Positions 28,580 through 38,701 of a stretch of DNA of 58,269 bases are shown here, one piece after another. Both the position numbers and the translations under genes were made by a program. The first letter of the stretch is position 1, and every line of letters starts with the position of its first letter. Source of the DNA: Nanobdellota archaeon (lineage in GTDB: Archaea; Nanobdellota; Nanobdellia; Parvarchaeales; Parvarchaeaceae); NCBI GenBank assembly GCA_021818905.1, contig JAKASS010000005.1:1-58269 (forward strand). Direction: 5' to 3'. The notes below the pieces were generated by a model. It had not been told where the DNA came from and made no database searches. It saw nothing but the letters and a program-made list of their open reading frames with translations.

Positions 28580-29137
28580 TTATTGTATACTTTTAGATTT
28601 GTAATTCTGCTTCGTAGTTTCTGCCGTCATGGCATCAAGCTTTATCTCTGTTATCCCGACCGTCTTTAGAAAAGATACGCAGCCATCGCATGCCCAGTAA
28701 TGCCCAGCGAGGTATAAACTAGCCCCTTTAAGTTTTTCAAGTTCTTCCTTCGAAAAAGCGGAAAGGACCACGTCTTCTGAGACCTTTAAGTTGCTCGCGA
28801 ATTTCTTCGTTTCCGTGAGTTCTCTTTCTTCTCGTATATTAAGACATGCCATTATTTCTGCATGTAACGGTGCACATAGCTCATAACCCGTTCCCGTCTT
28901 TACATTTGATCTAGGACACATCGCGAGAATCTGGCCATACTCACACTCGGCAGGCGCGCAGGAATTGCACCCTATAGAAAGTATCCTATACTTATTCAGA
29001 GAAGATTCGTAGCGAGCTATCGCCGCAGCCGTACGAGTTTTGAGACAGTTTGAATTGATTAGGTAATCGCGGACAGATTTTTTAATGTCGTCTTCTGTGT
29101 CAACTAATAAATCTTGTAATTTAGGCCCCGCCATCAT
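28580..29137 (-). CDS. Zn-dependent dCMP/cytidine deaminase-like protein
   Basis: SNCLK..AAAI, SIGCN, HAE, GASLYL..HYWACDGC, GITEI. Confidence 0.8.
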   Translation of the reverse strand: MMAGPKLQDLLVDTEDDIKKSVRDYLINSNCLKTRTAAAIARYESSLNKYRILSIGCNSCAPAECEYGQILAMCPRSNVKTGTGYELCAPLHAEIMACLNIREERELTETKKFASNLKVSEDVVLSAFSKEELEKLKGASLYLAGHYWACDGCVSFLKTVGITEIKLDAMTAETTKQNYKSKSIQ

Positions 29138-29260
29138 CCAATAATATGGATCTGGACGGATTATATACTTATTTGACGGATGTTAAAGCCAAGATCGCTA
29201 ATAAATCCACTTTATGCAAGACTATTTATTATGTGGAAGCAACATTATTCTATACACCAT

Positions 29261-29683
29261 ATGCGAGAGGACAATAAGCATAAAAAAATTGAGAATTGGC
29301 GCCAGATGCGTTCTCATCGTTTTTGGTTTTTTCCTTTTAGGTTAGTCGTCTTTTTTATAATAATATATGTATTCATCGCGATTGTCAGCGGGATAGCGGG
29401 CTATTATAATCTCAGCACAGGGCCGTTTGTAGGAATAATCGTAGGGATAAGTTGGATGTTCTGGGCATTCGTGCTAATTTTCGTTCTCTTCTTCGCTTTA
29501 CGACTCTTTTTCGGTGGATTTTGGTATGCTTACTCCGGCATGCCAAGTAGATTGCCCCATGGTGACTTTCGCCACGTGGATTGGGATAAAATGGCGTTAA
29601 ACCGCGCTAAGATGCGCCTAGCGTCCGGTGAAATATCAGAAAAAGAGTATAGAAACATAGTAAAGCTGATAAAAGGCAAGTAG
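29261..29683 (+). CDS. Membrane protein with a C-terminal SHOCT domain
   Basis: Two TM segments and RLASGEISEKEY. Confidence 0.75.
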   Translation: MREDNKHKKIENWRQMRSHRFWFFPFRLVVFFIIIYVFIAIVSGIAGYYNLSTGPFVGIIVGISWMFWAFVLIFVLFFALRLFFGGFWYAYSGMPSRLPHGDFRHVDWDKMALNRAKMRLASGEISEKEYRNIVKLIKGK

Positions 29684-29689
29684 TTCTTT

Positions 29690-31183
29690 ATGGTCCAGGA
29701 ATACAAGATATTCATCGACGGAGAATGGGTAAACTCCGAAAGCAAAGAGTTTTTTGACGTAATAAATCCTGCGACAGAGCAGGTAATAGCAAAGGTTGCA
29801 AAGGGCAATGCAAAGGACACAAAAAAGGCAATCGACGCGGCAAGGAGGGCCTTTGATAACGGCTCTTGGTCTAACAAGACCCCTGCGGAGAGGGCGCAGG
29901 CGCTATGGCAGCTCGCAGAATTAGTCGAAAAGAACAAGGACAAACTTGCTGCGTTAGAATCTACGAATGTCGGTAAGACGATTAAATACGCGCGGGATTC
30001 AGATCTTCCTTTCATAATAGACAATCTAAAGTTTTTTGCAGGGGCTGCAAGGATGCTAGAAGGGAAATCTGCAAATGAATATTCTGGTATAGGGATAAGC
30101 ATAACAAGAAGAGAACCGGTTGGAGTAGTAGGTGCAATAATACCCTGGAATTATCCTTTATACATAGCGATATGGAAGATCGCCCCCGCGTTGGCGGCTG
30201 GAAATACTTTAGTAATAAAGCCCGCAAGCAAAACGCCGTTGACTTTATTGGAGTTCGCAAAGCTCGCAGAAACTGTTCTGCCAAAAGGCGTCTTGAATGT
30301 AATAACTGGGCCCGGCGAAATAGTCGGCGAAGAGCTGGCTTTGAATAACAAAGTAGACATGATCGCACTCACAGGGGACACGTCGACTGGGAAAGAAATA
30401 ATGCGCCTAGCATCAGGAAATGTAAAAAGAGTGCAATTAGAGTTGGGCGGAAAAGCACCCTTCATAGTGCTCCCAGACGCATCGATAGAAGCCGCGACAG
30501 AAGGTGCGGTAGTATCGGCTTTTTGGAATAACGCGCAGGACTGCACAGCGACTACGAGAGTCTACGTTCACGAATCCATTTACGATAAGTTTTTAGAAGC
30601 TCTAGTTGGGAAAGTAAAGAAAATACGATTGGGCGACCCGCAAAATGAGAAGACAGATATGGGTCCTTTGATTTCAGAGTCACAGCGCGAGCACGTAGAA
30701 GAGTTCGTAAAATCTGGTGTAAACCAGGGCGCTAGGCTGCTATGCGGCGGCCGTAGGTCCAAGGAAATGAATAAAGGATTTTTCTTTGAACCCACTGTAT
30801 TCGCAGACGTTGGGCAGAAGATGAGGATATGTCAGGAAGAAATATTTGGTCCAGTGCTATCAGTGTTGAAATATTCCACGGTTGATGAAGCCATAACAAA
30901 TTCAAATGATGTCATTTATGGACTAGCCGCATCTGTATGGGGCAAGGACATAACTACTCTAATGAAAGTAGCGAATTCGCTCAAGTTCGGGACAGTATGG
31001 ATAAATGAACACGGCGTCTTGGTTTCGGAGATGCCGCATGGTGGCTTCAAGCAGAGCGGCTTTGGCAAAGATCTTTCTATGTATGCTCTTGAGGACTTTA
31101 CGCAGATAAAACACATTTACATAGACGAGACAGGCCTGGTAAGAAAACCATGGTATTATACCGTGTACGGAGACAAAGAATGA
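29690..31183 (+). CDS. Aminoaldehyde (gamma-aminobutyraldehyde) dehydrogenase
   Basis: PWNYPL, LELGGKAP, QDCTATTR, SEMPHGGFKQSGFGKDLS. Confidence 0.9.
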   Translation: MVQEYKIFIDGEWVNSESKEFFDVINPATEQVIAKVAKGNAKDTKKAIDAARRAFDNGSWSNKTPAERAQALWQLAELVEKNKDKLAALESTNVGKTIKYARDSDLPFIIDNLKFFAGAARMLEGKSANEYSGIGISITRREPVGVVGAIIPWNYPLYIAIWKIAPALAAGNTLVIKPASKTPLTLLEFAKLAETVLPKGVLNVITGPGEIVGEELALNNKVDMIALTGDTSTGKEIMRLASGNVKRVQLELGGKAPFIVLPDASIEAATEGAVVSAFWNNAQDCTATTRVYVHESIYDKFLEALVGKVKKIRLGDPQNEKTDMGPLISESQREHVEEFVKSGVNQGARLLCGGRRSKEMNKGFFFEPTVFADVGQKMRICQEEIFGPVLSVLKYSTVDEAITNSNDVIYGLAASVWGKDITTLMKVANSLKFGTVWINEHGVLVSEMPHGGFKQSGFGKDLSMYALEDFTQIKHIYIDETGLVRKPWYYTVYGDKE

Positions 31184-32544
31184 AAATAAGTTCTGTAGAC
31201 CCGTCGAATAACAAGCTAAACAAAAGTTTTACAGTTTTTACAAAGACAAAATCACTTGATATAGCGAGAGAGGCAAAAGAGGCGTTTCTAGACTGGAAAA
31301 ATCTTGGAGTTTCTAAAAGAGCTGCTTATCTGCGTAACCTTTCCAAAGTATTAAGAGAGAAAAAAGAGGACTATGCGCGGTTAATAACTATCGAGATGGG
31401 CAAACCAATCGGTCAGTCGCTTTCCGAAGTAGAGAAATGTGCTTGGACGGCAGATTTCTTTGCAGATAAATCAGAAAAATGGCTTAGTGACGAGCCGATA
31501 GAAATGGACGGGCAAAAGGCGTTCTTGTCTTTCGAACCTATAGGCGAAGTCCTGGCGATAATGCCTTGGAACTTCCCATTTTGGCAGGCGTTAAGATGTG
31601 CTATACCGGCTTTGGTAGCAGGCAATGTTGTTGTCCTTAGACATTCTAATATAGTTCCACTATGTGCTTTAGCGATAGAAAAGGCGTTTAGCCTCGCAGA
31701 ATTTCCAGAAAACGTTTTTAGAACCACAATAACAGACCATACCGTCGTAGATGAACTTATAAAGAGCCGATATGTCGATGGAGTTTCCATTACCGGGAGC
31801 GTAGAAACGGGCCGTACAGTAGCAAAAATTGCCGGAGAAAGCTTGAAAAAATGTGTACTTGAGCTTGGAGGTTCCGATCCGTTTATAGTTTTAGAAGATG
31901 CGGATATAGAATTAGCCTGTAAAAGCGCTTTTACTTCTAGATTGATAAGCAACGGGCAAAGTTGCATATGCGCAAAGAGATTCATAGTCATAAAAGAAAG
32001 ATTCAACGAATTCGTAAGCAAATTCGTGAGCTTAATGTCTGCAGCAAAAATAGGAACCCCTCTTGATAGATCCACCGACGTCGGTCCGCTCGCAAGCGCA
32101 CAGCAGCTCAAGACCATAGAAGCACAGGTAAACGATGCTAAAAAGAAAGGCGCAAAGATAGAATGTGGCGGCAAGAGGTTAGGCGATAAAGGTTTTTTCT
32201 TTGAACCAACCGTGATTACTAACGTAAAAAGCGATATGCGCATAGCAAAAGAAGAAGTTTTTGGACCAGTGGCAGTTATTCTTCCCGCTAGAAACGAACA
32301 AGAAGTACTGCAGATAGCAAACGATTCTAATTTCGGTCTGGGCGGCAGCGTATGGACTACGGACAGTAAAAAAGGAGAAAGAATGGCCCGCGCGCTTGAA
32401 AGTGGCATGATTTACGTAAATGACTTTACAAAGTCTGATCCTAGGATTCCATTTGGAGGCGTAAAGGATAGCGGCATAGGGAGGGAACTTTCGCGATACG
32501 GTTTGCTAGAATTTATAAATATCAAGCCGATAATACTTAAGTAA
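31180..32544 (+). CDS. NAD(P)-dependent succinate-semialdehyde dehydrogenase (Sad-type)
   Basis: IMPWNFPFWQ, LELGGSDPFIV, GQSCICAKRF, PFGGVKDSGIGRELS; ATGA overlap with the upstream gene. Confidence 0.9.
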   Translation: MKISSVDPSNNKLNKSFTVFTKTKSLDIAREAKEAFLDWKNLGVSKRAAYLRNLSKVLREKKEDYARLITIEMGKPIGQSLSEVEKCAWTADFFADKSEKWLSDEPIEMDGQKAFLSFEPIGEVLAIMPWNFPFWQALRCAIPALVAGNVVVLRHSNIVPLCALAIEKAFSLAEFPENVFRTTITDHTVVDELIKSRYVDGVSITGSVETGRTVAKIAGESLKKCVLELGGSDPFIVLEDADIELACKSAFTSRLISNGQSCICAKRFIVIKERFNEFVSKFVSLMSAAKIGTPLDRSTDVGPLASAQQLKTIEAQVNDAKKKGAKIECGGKRLGDKGFFFEPTVITNVKSDMRIAKEEVFGPVAVILPARNEQEVLQIANDSNFGLGGSVWTTDSKKGERMARALESGMIYVNDFTKSDPRIPFGGVKDSGIGRELSRYGLLEFINIKPIILK

Positions 32545-32551
32545 ATATGAT

Positions 32552-32800
32552 ATGGCTAAAAATAAAGTATTCAAATTAACAAAATCAGGTGAGCTTTACG
32601 CAAAAGCACTAAAAGCAGAAGAATATAACGCAGACGGGTTTGGAACTCAAGAAGACCTTTTAAACGGCATGCATAAATATTATCCGAAGATAGATTATGC
32701 ATCGCCGGTAACCGTAATAAAGTGGGATAACATACGCGGCAAGCTTGTTGACGAATATAAATCCAGGAAAGTGCCTTCAGAAATGTGCAATTCGCCTTAA
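32552..32800 (+). CDS. ASCH-like domain fragment
   Basis: DGFGTQEDLLNGMHKYYP..SPVTVIKW resembles the C-terminal half of ASCH. Confidence 0.45.
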   Translation: MAKNKVFKLTKSGELYAKALKAEEYNADGFGTQEDLLNGMHKYYPKIDYASPVTVIKWDNIRGKLVDEYKSRKVPSEMCNSP

Positions 32801-32806
32801 AAAAGA

Positions 32807-33961
32807 TTATTTATTGGCAGTCCAGACCTTCATGTTTCTTTTTTCAAGCTCTTTGAACATGATATCTGGTTGTATAGATATTTCTGGCGGGACGACGCCG
32901 GTCCGTTTTATTTCTCCGCTAGCAATCATCTGAGCGACAACGGAGGGAGCGACGCCGGTATTCCATGAGCCTGCAGGAATATTCCATTTCTCGTTTGTGA
33001 AGCTTTCACAGTAAACTACAAGTTTCTTTTTCTTGCCTTTAGATTTTCCGATAAGTTCAACGTGCAAGAATTCCAAATCGTTTATCTTTATATCAGGTGT
33101 CGGCACGAATCTGTCCAGCAACTTGACTACAAATTTTTTGGGCGATACTGACTGGCCGCCCGGTAAATTTATTTCTTCATCCGATGCAAATCCCGCGTCT
33201 AAAAGAAACTTCACCTTGCTTACTAAGCTGGGGTCAAAGCCGCCCCTGAAGCTGCAGTTCTTCAATTTAAAACTGGATGGTAATGTGGCTACCTCGGAAT
33301 GTAGAGTATAAAAGCAAGAAGCGCTATTCAAAGGCTTTGGAAAATTTATCTTCTCGGACCCGCTTAGAGGCTCCACGAATTCGATTTTTCCATTCCGTAA
33401 TACTGCAGGCTTTTTTCCAAATTCATCAAAAAGGGTCTGTATAGAATAAGGAAGAACTATGGGTGTATTGTATTTAGTGTAATCTTTATCAGCAAAACTA
33501 ACATGTATATCAGTTACTTTATCAAATTTTCTTGCACCGAAAGCAGCAAGGACGTTCATTATTCCCGGAGAAGAACCGCAACCAGGTATAGCCAATAAGT
33601 TCTGGCTCCCAAAAACTTTGTCGAGCTCAAGCTGTTTTAGTGTTGTGTGGAACAAACCGCCCAGATCTATGTAATTTACATGGGCCTCAAGACATGCAAG
33701 CATTACATCAAGATTAAAATAATAATTTACGGCGTTTATCACAACGTTCGCGCCAGACTCCTTTATAGTATTGACAAGGTTTTTATGGTCCTTAACGTTT
33801 ACAGAAGCTAGCCTTACTTTTCTTTTAGGGTATCTTGCTGCCAATGTTTTTGCTCTTTCAATCTCCAAGTCAGCAAATGTTAGGTCGCCTTCGTAAGTTT
33901 CTAGAAGATCTGTACCAGTTACGCTGCCCATCTCTCCGCAGCCGAGCAGGAATATCCCCAT
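32807..33961 (-). CDS. Saccharopine dehydrogenase family protein (lysine 6-dehydrogenase/CANSDH-like)
   Basis: LGCGEMG Rossmann motif, NYIDLGG, GSSPGIMN, HSEV, GVVPPE. Confidence 0.88.
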   Translation of the reverse strand: MGIFLLGCGEMGSVTGTDLLETYEGDLTFADLEIERAKTLAARYPKRKVRLASVNVKDHKNLVNTIKESGANVVINAVNYYFNLDVMLACLEAHVNYIDLGGLFHTTLKQLELDKVFGSQNLLAIPGCGSSPGIMNVLAAFGARKFDKVTDIHVSFADKDYTKYNTPIVLPYSIQTLFDEFGKKPAVLRNGKIEFVEPLSGSEKINFPKPLNSASCFYTLHSEVATLPSSFKLKNCSFRGGFDPSLVSKVKFLLDAGFASDEEINLPGGQSVSPKKFVVKLLDRFVPTPDIKINDLEFLHVELIGKSKGKKKKLVVYCESFTNEKWNIPAGSWNTGVAPSVVAQMIASGEIKRTGVVPPEISIQPDIMFKELEKRNMKVWTANK

Positions 33962-34034
33962 AAAGCTATTCAAACATCAGCAAAATAAATAGACAATATA
34001 ATCTTTTAGGGGGACCGACATTAAATTAAGCTAC

Positions 34035-35600
34035 TTAGGCGCCCGGCGGTGCATCCTTAGAAATGAAGTAAACTTTGCTTTCTTTTATCCCGCCGTCGTT
34101 TTCTGGCGCCGTGAAGGCGGACTTTGCAGGACCATCCGCGGTTTTTTTCTCGGTTTGGGCACCTTGGTCCTTTGTTTCATCTGACTTCTTTGAAGTGACG
34201 GGCAACGCAAGCCTTATAGGTGCCGAAGAAGCTTGAGACGCGGTCGGTTTTGAAGATCCGCGCGCCTTGCCGAAGAGTTCTGTCGCTACCTTTTCCATAA
34301 TCGAAAGCGCGTCGTTTATATGATTTTCTTCTATGATAAGAGAAGGTCTAAATCTTATACCGCTCGCGCCAGTCCTTAAAACTAAGAGCTTATTATCATA
34401 ACATCTATTATAAAATTCCTCTCTAAGCGCAGGGCTTTTAAGGTCAAATGCGCACATGAGGCCGCGCCCCCGCGCGTTGAATATATCATCAGGAAATTTA
34501 TCCTGTAGTCCTTCAAGGCCTTTAAGAAATATTTTGCCCATCTTTGCGGCGTTGTCGACAAGTTTTTCTTCGTTTATTATCTCGAGATATTTTGTCGCCC
34601 TGACCATGTCTGTTAAATTTCCGCCCCAGGTAGAGTCTATCCTGTTAGGCACCCTAAAAACGTGGTCGTTTATGTCTTCAAGCTTGTGGCCCGCCATTAT
34701 ACCGCATACTTGCATCTTCTTCCCGAATGCGATTATGTCCGGTCTTATGTCAAAGTGCTGGTGCGCCCACCACTTGCCGGTTATTCCTACGCCGGTCTGT
34801 ATCTCGTCTAATATGAAAAGGATATCGTTCTCTGCGGTTATTTTCCTGACAGCTTGCATGTATTCTTTCCTAAAGTGGTTATCGCCGCCCTCGCCTTGTA
34901 TAGGCTCCATTATCAATGCAGCTATCTGGTCACCTTCCTGGGATATTGCCTTTTGTATCTCTTCTATGCTCTGCTTTTCAAGCTCTTCCGCTTTCTTCGT
35001 GTTCTCTGCGTTTAGCGGGAAGGTTATCTTTGGATTCGAAACCCTTGGCCAGCTGAACCTTGGAAAATATTGTACTTTTTTTATGCTTGCGGTATTCGTT
35101 ATAGCGAGTGTGTAGCCGGATCTCCCATGGAACGCTTCCATAAGATATATTACTTTCTGCCCGCGGACTTCCTGTATCCCCTTTGTAAAGTTCTTCCTTA
35201 TCTTCCAGTCAAACGCGGTCTTAAGGGCATTTTCAACGGCCAATGCGCCGCCCTCGATGAAGAAGAAGTATTTCATGTAAGGTGGCGTCGCTATCCTGGA
35301 TAGAGTGTCGACGAATTCCGCCATTTCGACCGTTAAGACATCGCTGTTCGTAGGCTTGTTTATGGAGGCGCGCTGCAACTTTTTAAGAAAACCAGGCTCG
35401 AACATCTTTTCATGGTTCATTCCTATGGCAGAAGAAGCGAAAAAGCCAAAGAAATCAAGGAATTTCCTGTCGCTTTTTGCATCTTGGAGGTACATCCCCT
35501 TGCTTTTGTCAAGATCAAGGACAAAGTCGAAGACGTCGCTTATCATCCTTTTCTTAATTATGCCGTGAACATCATTCGGCGTTATCATAAAAATACTCAT
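34035..35600 (-). CDS. lat: L-lysine 6-aminotransferase with a low-complexity C-terminal tail
   Basis: FFIEGGALAVENALKTAFDWK, FHGRSGYT, EPIQGEGGDNHFR, AFGKKMQVCG, STWGGNLTDMVR. Confidence 0.92.
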   Translation of the reverse strand: MSIFMITPNDVHGIIKKRMISDVFDFVLDLDKSKGMYLQDAKSDRKFLDFFGFFASSAIGMNHEKMFEPGFLKKLQRASINKPTNSDVLTVEMAEFVDTLSRIATPPYMKYFFFIEGGALAVENALKTAFDWKIRKNFTKGIQEVRGQKVIYLMEAFHGRSGYTLAITNTASIKKVQYFPRFSWPRVSNPKITFPLNAENTKKAEELEKQSIEEIQKAISQEGDQIAALIMEPIQGEGGDNHFRKEYMQAVRKITAENDILFILDEIQTGVGITGKWWAHQHFDIRPDIIAFGKKMQVCGIMAGHKLEDINDHVFRVPNRIDSTWGGNLTDMVRATKYLEIINEEKLVDNAAKMGKIFLKGLEGLQDKFPDDIFNARGRGLMCAFDLKSPALREEFYNRCYDNKLLVLRTGASGIRFRPSLIIEENHINDALSIMEKVATELFGKARGSSKPTASQASSAPIRLALPVTSKKSDETKDQGAQTEKKTADGPAKSAFTAPENDGGIKESKVYFISKDAPPGA

Positions 35601-35931
35601 AACCTCCTAGCTCAACTATACTAGGCTCAAATTCTATATATGCGTTCTAGGTGTATATATAGATTTTTCCGAGCCAGGAAATTTTTAATGCTACTATAAG
35701 AATAACTGAATACCTATGATACCTCTCTGGATACTCTTGTAAAGTGCTAAATATGCTATAAATCGTAAGATGATATGGCCAAAACTATTGACTAGATATC
35801 GCTTTCGCTGATCGTTTCGAGTTTCTCGATGTCGATCTTGCTAGGATTTATTTATCTTCTATGAAAAGACATCATGTATAAAACTTTTTTTGTAGAAGAT
35901 CGATTTACTAGCGTAAACTTATATAATTCGA

Positions 35932-37326
35932 GTGGCAATAAAGGATATGGATTTCAAGAAATTACATTTCAATGACGCACCGGACATGCGCATTCCTCCG
36001 CCGGGGCCAAAAGCAAAGAAGATATTAGACGCTCAGGCAAAAACAGAAGGCAACGCAGTCTATTATCCCAAGGTCCTTCCATTCGTACCAGAAGAAGGGA
36101 TGGGAGCTACGATAAGGGACGCAGATGGAAATACTTACATAGATTTTTACGCAGGCGTTTCCGTGCTTAATTTTGGCCATTCGAATCCTTACATATTAGA
36201 TAAGGCACTTGCACAGATGAAGAAGCTTACGCACAGTCTCGACTTTCCTACGGCTGCGAGGACAGAGCTTGTCAGAAGACTCATAGGACTTGCGCCAGGT
36301 AACATGAAAAACGATGCAAAGGTCGTCTTTGGCGGCCCGACCGGATCCGACGCGGTAGAGTCAGCGATCAAATTGGCAAAGTCCAATACAAAGAGGCTTT
36401 CAGTCATAGCCTTCGAAGGTTCCTATCATGGTCAGACTACCATGGCTTTAGCGGCCACGGCCGAAAAGAAATACAGGGAAAATTATTCGCCGCTCGGACC
36501 AGAAGTTCATTTTGCTCCTTATCCAAACGTTTACAGAAATCCTTTCAGGACAGATGATCCAAATACCTGCGTAGAGATGTGCATTGATTATCTTGAAGAC
36601 ATGGTCCAGAACCCGGATTCCGGTGTATTATCGCCAGCGGCTATGATAGTCGAACCCATACAAGGCGAAGGGGGAATCATCGTTCCACCAGATAACTTCT
36701 TGCCGGAAGTAGAAAGAATATGCAGAAAGAACGGCATCGTGTTGATAGTAGACGAAGTACAAGCAGCTTTTGGAAGGGCCGGAAAATGGTTTGCTTCTGA
36801 ATACTCGGGTGTCAATCCAGATGTAATAACGATGGCCAAGTCGATCGGTGGCATCGGTCTTCCATTAAGCGGTATAATGTATAGGGGCGATCTGGACATA
36901 TGGAAACCCGGGGCCCACTTAGGTACTTTTAGGGGAGACGTGGTCGCGATGGCGGCCGGTGTGGCAGCCATAGATTTTGCTGAAGAAAGCGATTTACTGA
37001 AACACGTTAACATGGTCGGAGAAAAAGCTTTGAAGTATTTGAAAGACTTGATGAAAGAAAATAAATGTATCGGCGATGTCAGAGGCAAAGGATTATTCAT
37101 AGGAGTGGAATTCGTAAAAGACAGAAAGACCAAGGTCCCATGGAAAGAAATCTGCGACAAGATCCAACTCGAATGTTTCAAAAATGGGCTTATTGTGTGG
37201 CGTGCTGGAGCGTATGGAAACATAATAAGGATAATGCCGCCTTTGACGATCACAGATGAATTGATGACAAAGGGACTTGATATCTTCTCAAAGGAAATCA
37301 AATCTAGCGAAAAATCTTTGTTATAA
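35932..37326 (+). CDS. Class III PLP aminotransferase (GABA/diaminobutyrate type)
   Basis: GPTGSDAVE, YHG, EPIQGEGG, DEVQ, AKSIGG, HLGTFRG. Confidence 0.9.
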   Translation: MAIKDMDFKKLHFNDAPDMRIPPPGPKAKKILDAQAKTEGNAVYYPKVLPFVPEEGMGATIRDADGNTYIDFYAGVSVLNFGHSNPYILDKALAQMKKLTHSLDFPTAARTELVRRLIGLAPGNMKNDAKVVFGGPTGSDAVESAIKLAKSNTKRLSVIAFEGSYHGQTTMALAATAEKKYRENYSPLGPEVHFAPYPNVYRNPFRTDDPNTCVEMCIDYLEDMVQNPDSGVLSPAAMIVEPIQGEGGIIVPPDNFLPEVERICRKNGIVLIVDEVQAAFGRAGKWFASEYSGVNPDVITMAKSIGGIGLPLSGIMYRGDLDIWKPGAHLGTFRGDVVAMAAGVAAIDFAEESDLLKHVNMVGEKALKYLKDLMKENKCIGDVRGKGLFIGVEFVKDRKTKVPWKEICDKIQLECFKNGLIVWRAGAYGNIIRIMPPLTITDELMTKGLDIFSKEIKSSEKSLL

Positions 37327-37551
37327 AGATTATTTTCAAGTGAAAACTTTTCAGCAGACGGATAGGCGTTTTAAATCCGGTTTAGATATATGACCTATCA
37401 GTTAATGGAAAAGGTTAGTAGAACCTATTAATGATGGCACCTATCGCAGTACTCCCCGGGCTCGCAGCCACCGCGGCCGCATGCAGTATGTCGATATCAG
37501 CCGGTTAGCCGAAATAAATACAAATAAGAATAATGGCATACTCAAATAAGC

Positions 37552-38436
37552 ATGAAAAATAGAGCCTTAGAAGTGGTTATAATCATTGCGATTCTGGCAC
37601 CGATAGCCTATCTAATTTATTTTTTACTTAGGACTCCATCGCCTTATGACTCCGCTATGCTATCGATACTTGTATCGATACTCGTGATAGTTTTGGGGTA
37701 TATGACAGTCAGGGAGATCTCAAGAGTACTGGAAGGGTCTTTTGTAGGCAGACAGCACAAGAGTATAACGGGGGTCATAAACTACCTGATACGCGTAACG
37801 GCTTTCTTTGTCATACTATTCGTGATCCTTTCGGTTTTCCGCATTAACCTGACCGGCATACTTATAGCCGGGGGATTCGCGGGCATAGTGATCGGTCTTG
37901 CGGCTCAGACAGTCCTGTCAAATATATTTGCGGGGATAGCAATAACCGTCAGCGACATGGTAAAACCGGAAGAGGAGGTCACTGTACAGGGATGGCAATG
38001 GGGGTTTGGATTCCCGTTTTTTAAACCGAAGGGTCTTTCAGCAGACAGGATGCCTGCCGGTTTCACGGGAAAAGTACTGGCTATCAAGGCTTTTTACATC
38101 GAGATAATGATGGATGACGGCAACATCGTTAAGCTGCCGAACAGCGAATTTATAGGTGCTGCAATAACTTCACACACAAGAAATTCCATGGTCGTGGACA
38201 AACTGCAGATAGAGGTCCCGATAAAGACAAACATACTAAAATTCAACGGTTCACTTAGAAGAGCATTAGTCAAAGTAAAGAAGACAGAGGATCTGGAAGT
38301 CCATATTGAAGAGATGAGCATGGATGAATACCTAGTAAAGATAACTTGGAAATGCAAGAACATCAAGGAAGAGAGAAGGGAAATACGAGACAGCATAATA
38401 GCGATCACTTCAAAAGTCATAAGGAAGAAACCCTAA
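37552..38436 (+). CDS. mscS: Small-conductance mechanosensitive channel
   Basis: GFAGIVIGLAAQTVLSNIFAG, FTGKV, LPNS. Confidence 0.88.
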   Translation: MKNRALEVVIIIAILAPIAYLIYFLLRTPSPYDSAMLSILVSILVIVLGYMTVREISRVLEGSFVGRQHKSITGVINYLIRVTAFFVILFVILSVFRINLTGILIAGGFAGIVIGLAAQTVLSNIFAGIAITVSDMVKPEEEVTVQGWQWGFGFPFFKPKGLSADRMPAGFTGKVLAIKAFYIEIMMDDGNIVKLPNSEFIGAAITSHTRNSMVVDKLQIEVPIKTNILKFNGSLRRALVKVKKTEDLEVHIEEMSMDEYLVKITWKCKNIKEERREIRDSIIAITSKVIRKKP

Positions 38437-38507
38437 AACTTGCGATAACGATCAGTAGATGGACAGGTAAATGATTCCTTAGAATTTAACTCTTAATTAT
38501 AAAGGTA

Positions 38508-38603
38508 CGCTTGTGCATAACTGTCTTGTAGCGTGACTAGATACTCATCAAAATTACCCCGTTCCTGCGCACAAAGTAGAAAATGAGGAGTCATGCACAA
38601 GCG
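38508..38603. mobile_element. 96-bp MITE related to the 18866-20114 IS5 element
   Basis: TIR CGCTTGTGCAT(A/G)ACT at both ends, TA on both flanks, no ORF. Confidence 0.8.
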
Positions 38604-38701
38604 TACGATTTATATGCCAGAATGGCTTCTGCCTAATTGATGTGCAAAGCCGCTTATTGCATCACCTATATATTTGTACTAAACCATTCTTAGGATATTG
38701 T

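Noticed and set aside
35633-35663. TCTATATAT/ATATATAGA inverted repeat upstream of lat
   Set aside because: Low-complexity AT repeat that could arise by chance or be TATA elements
37430-37510. GC-rich intergenic patch as an ncRNA
   Set aside because: No convincing stem structure or family motif; more likely a gene remnant
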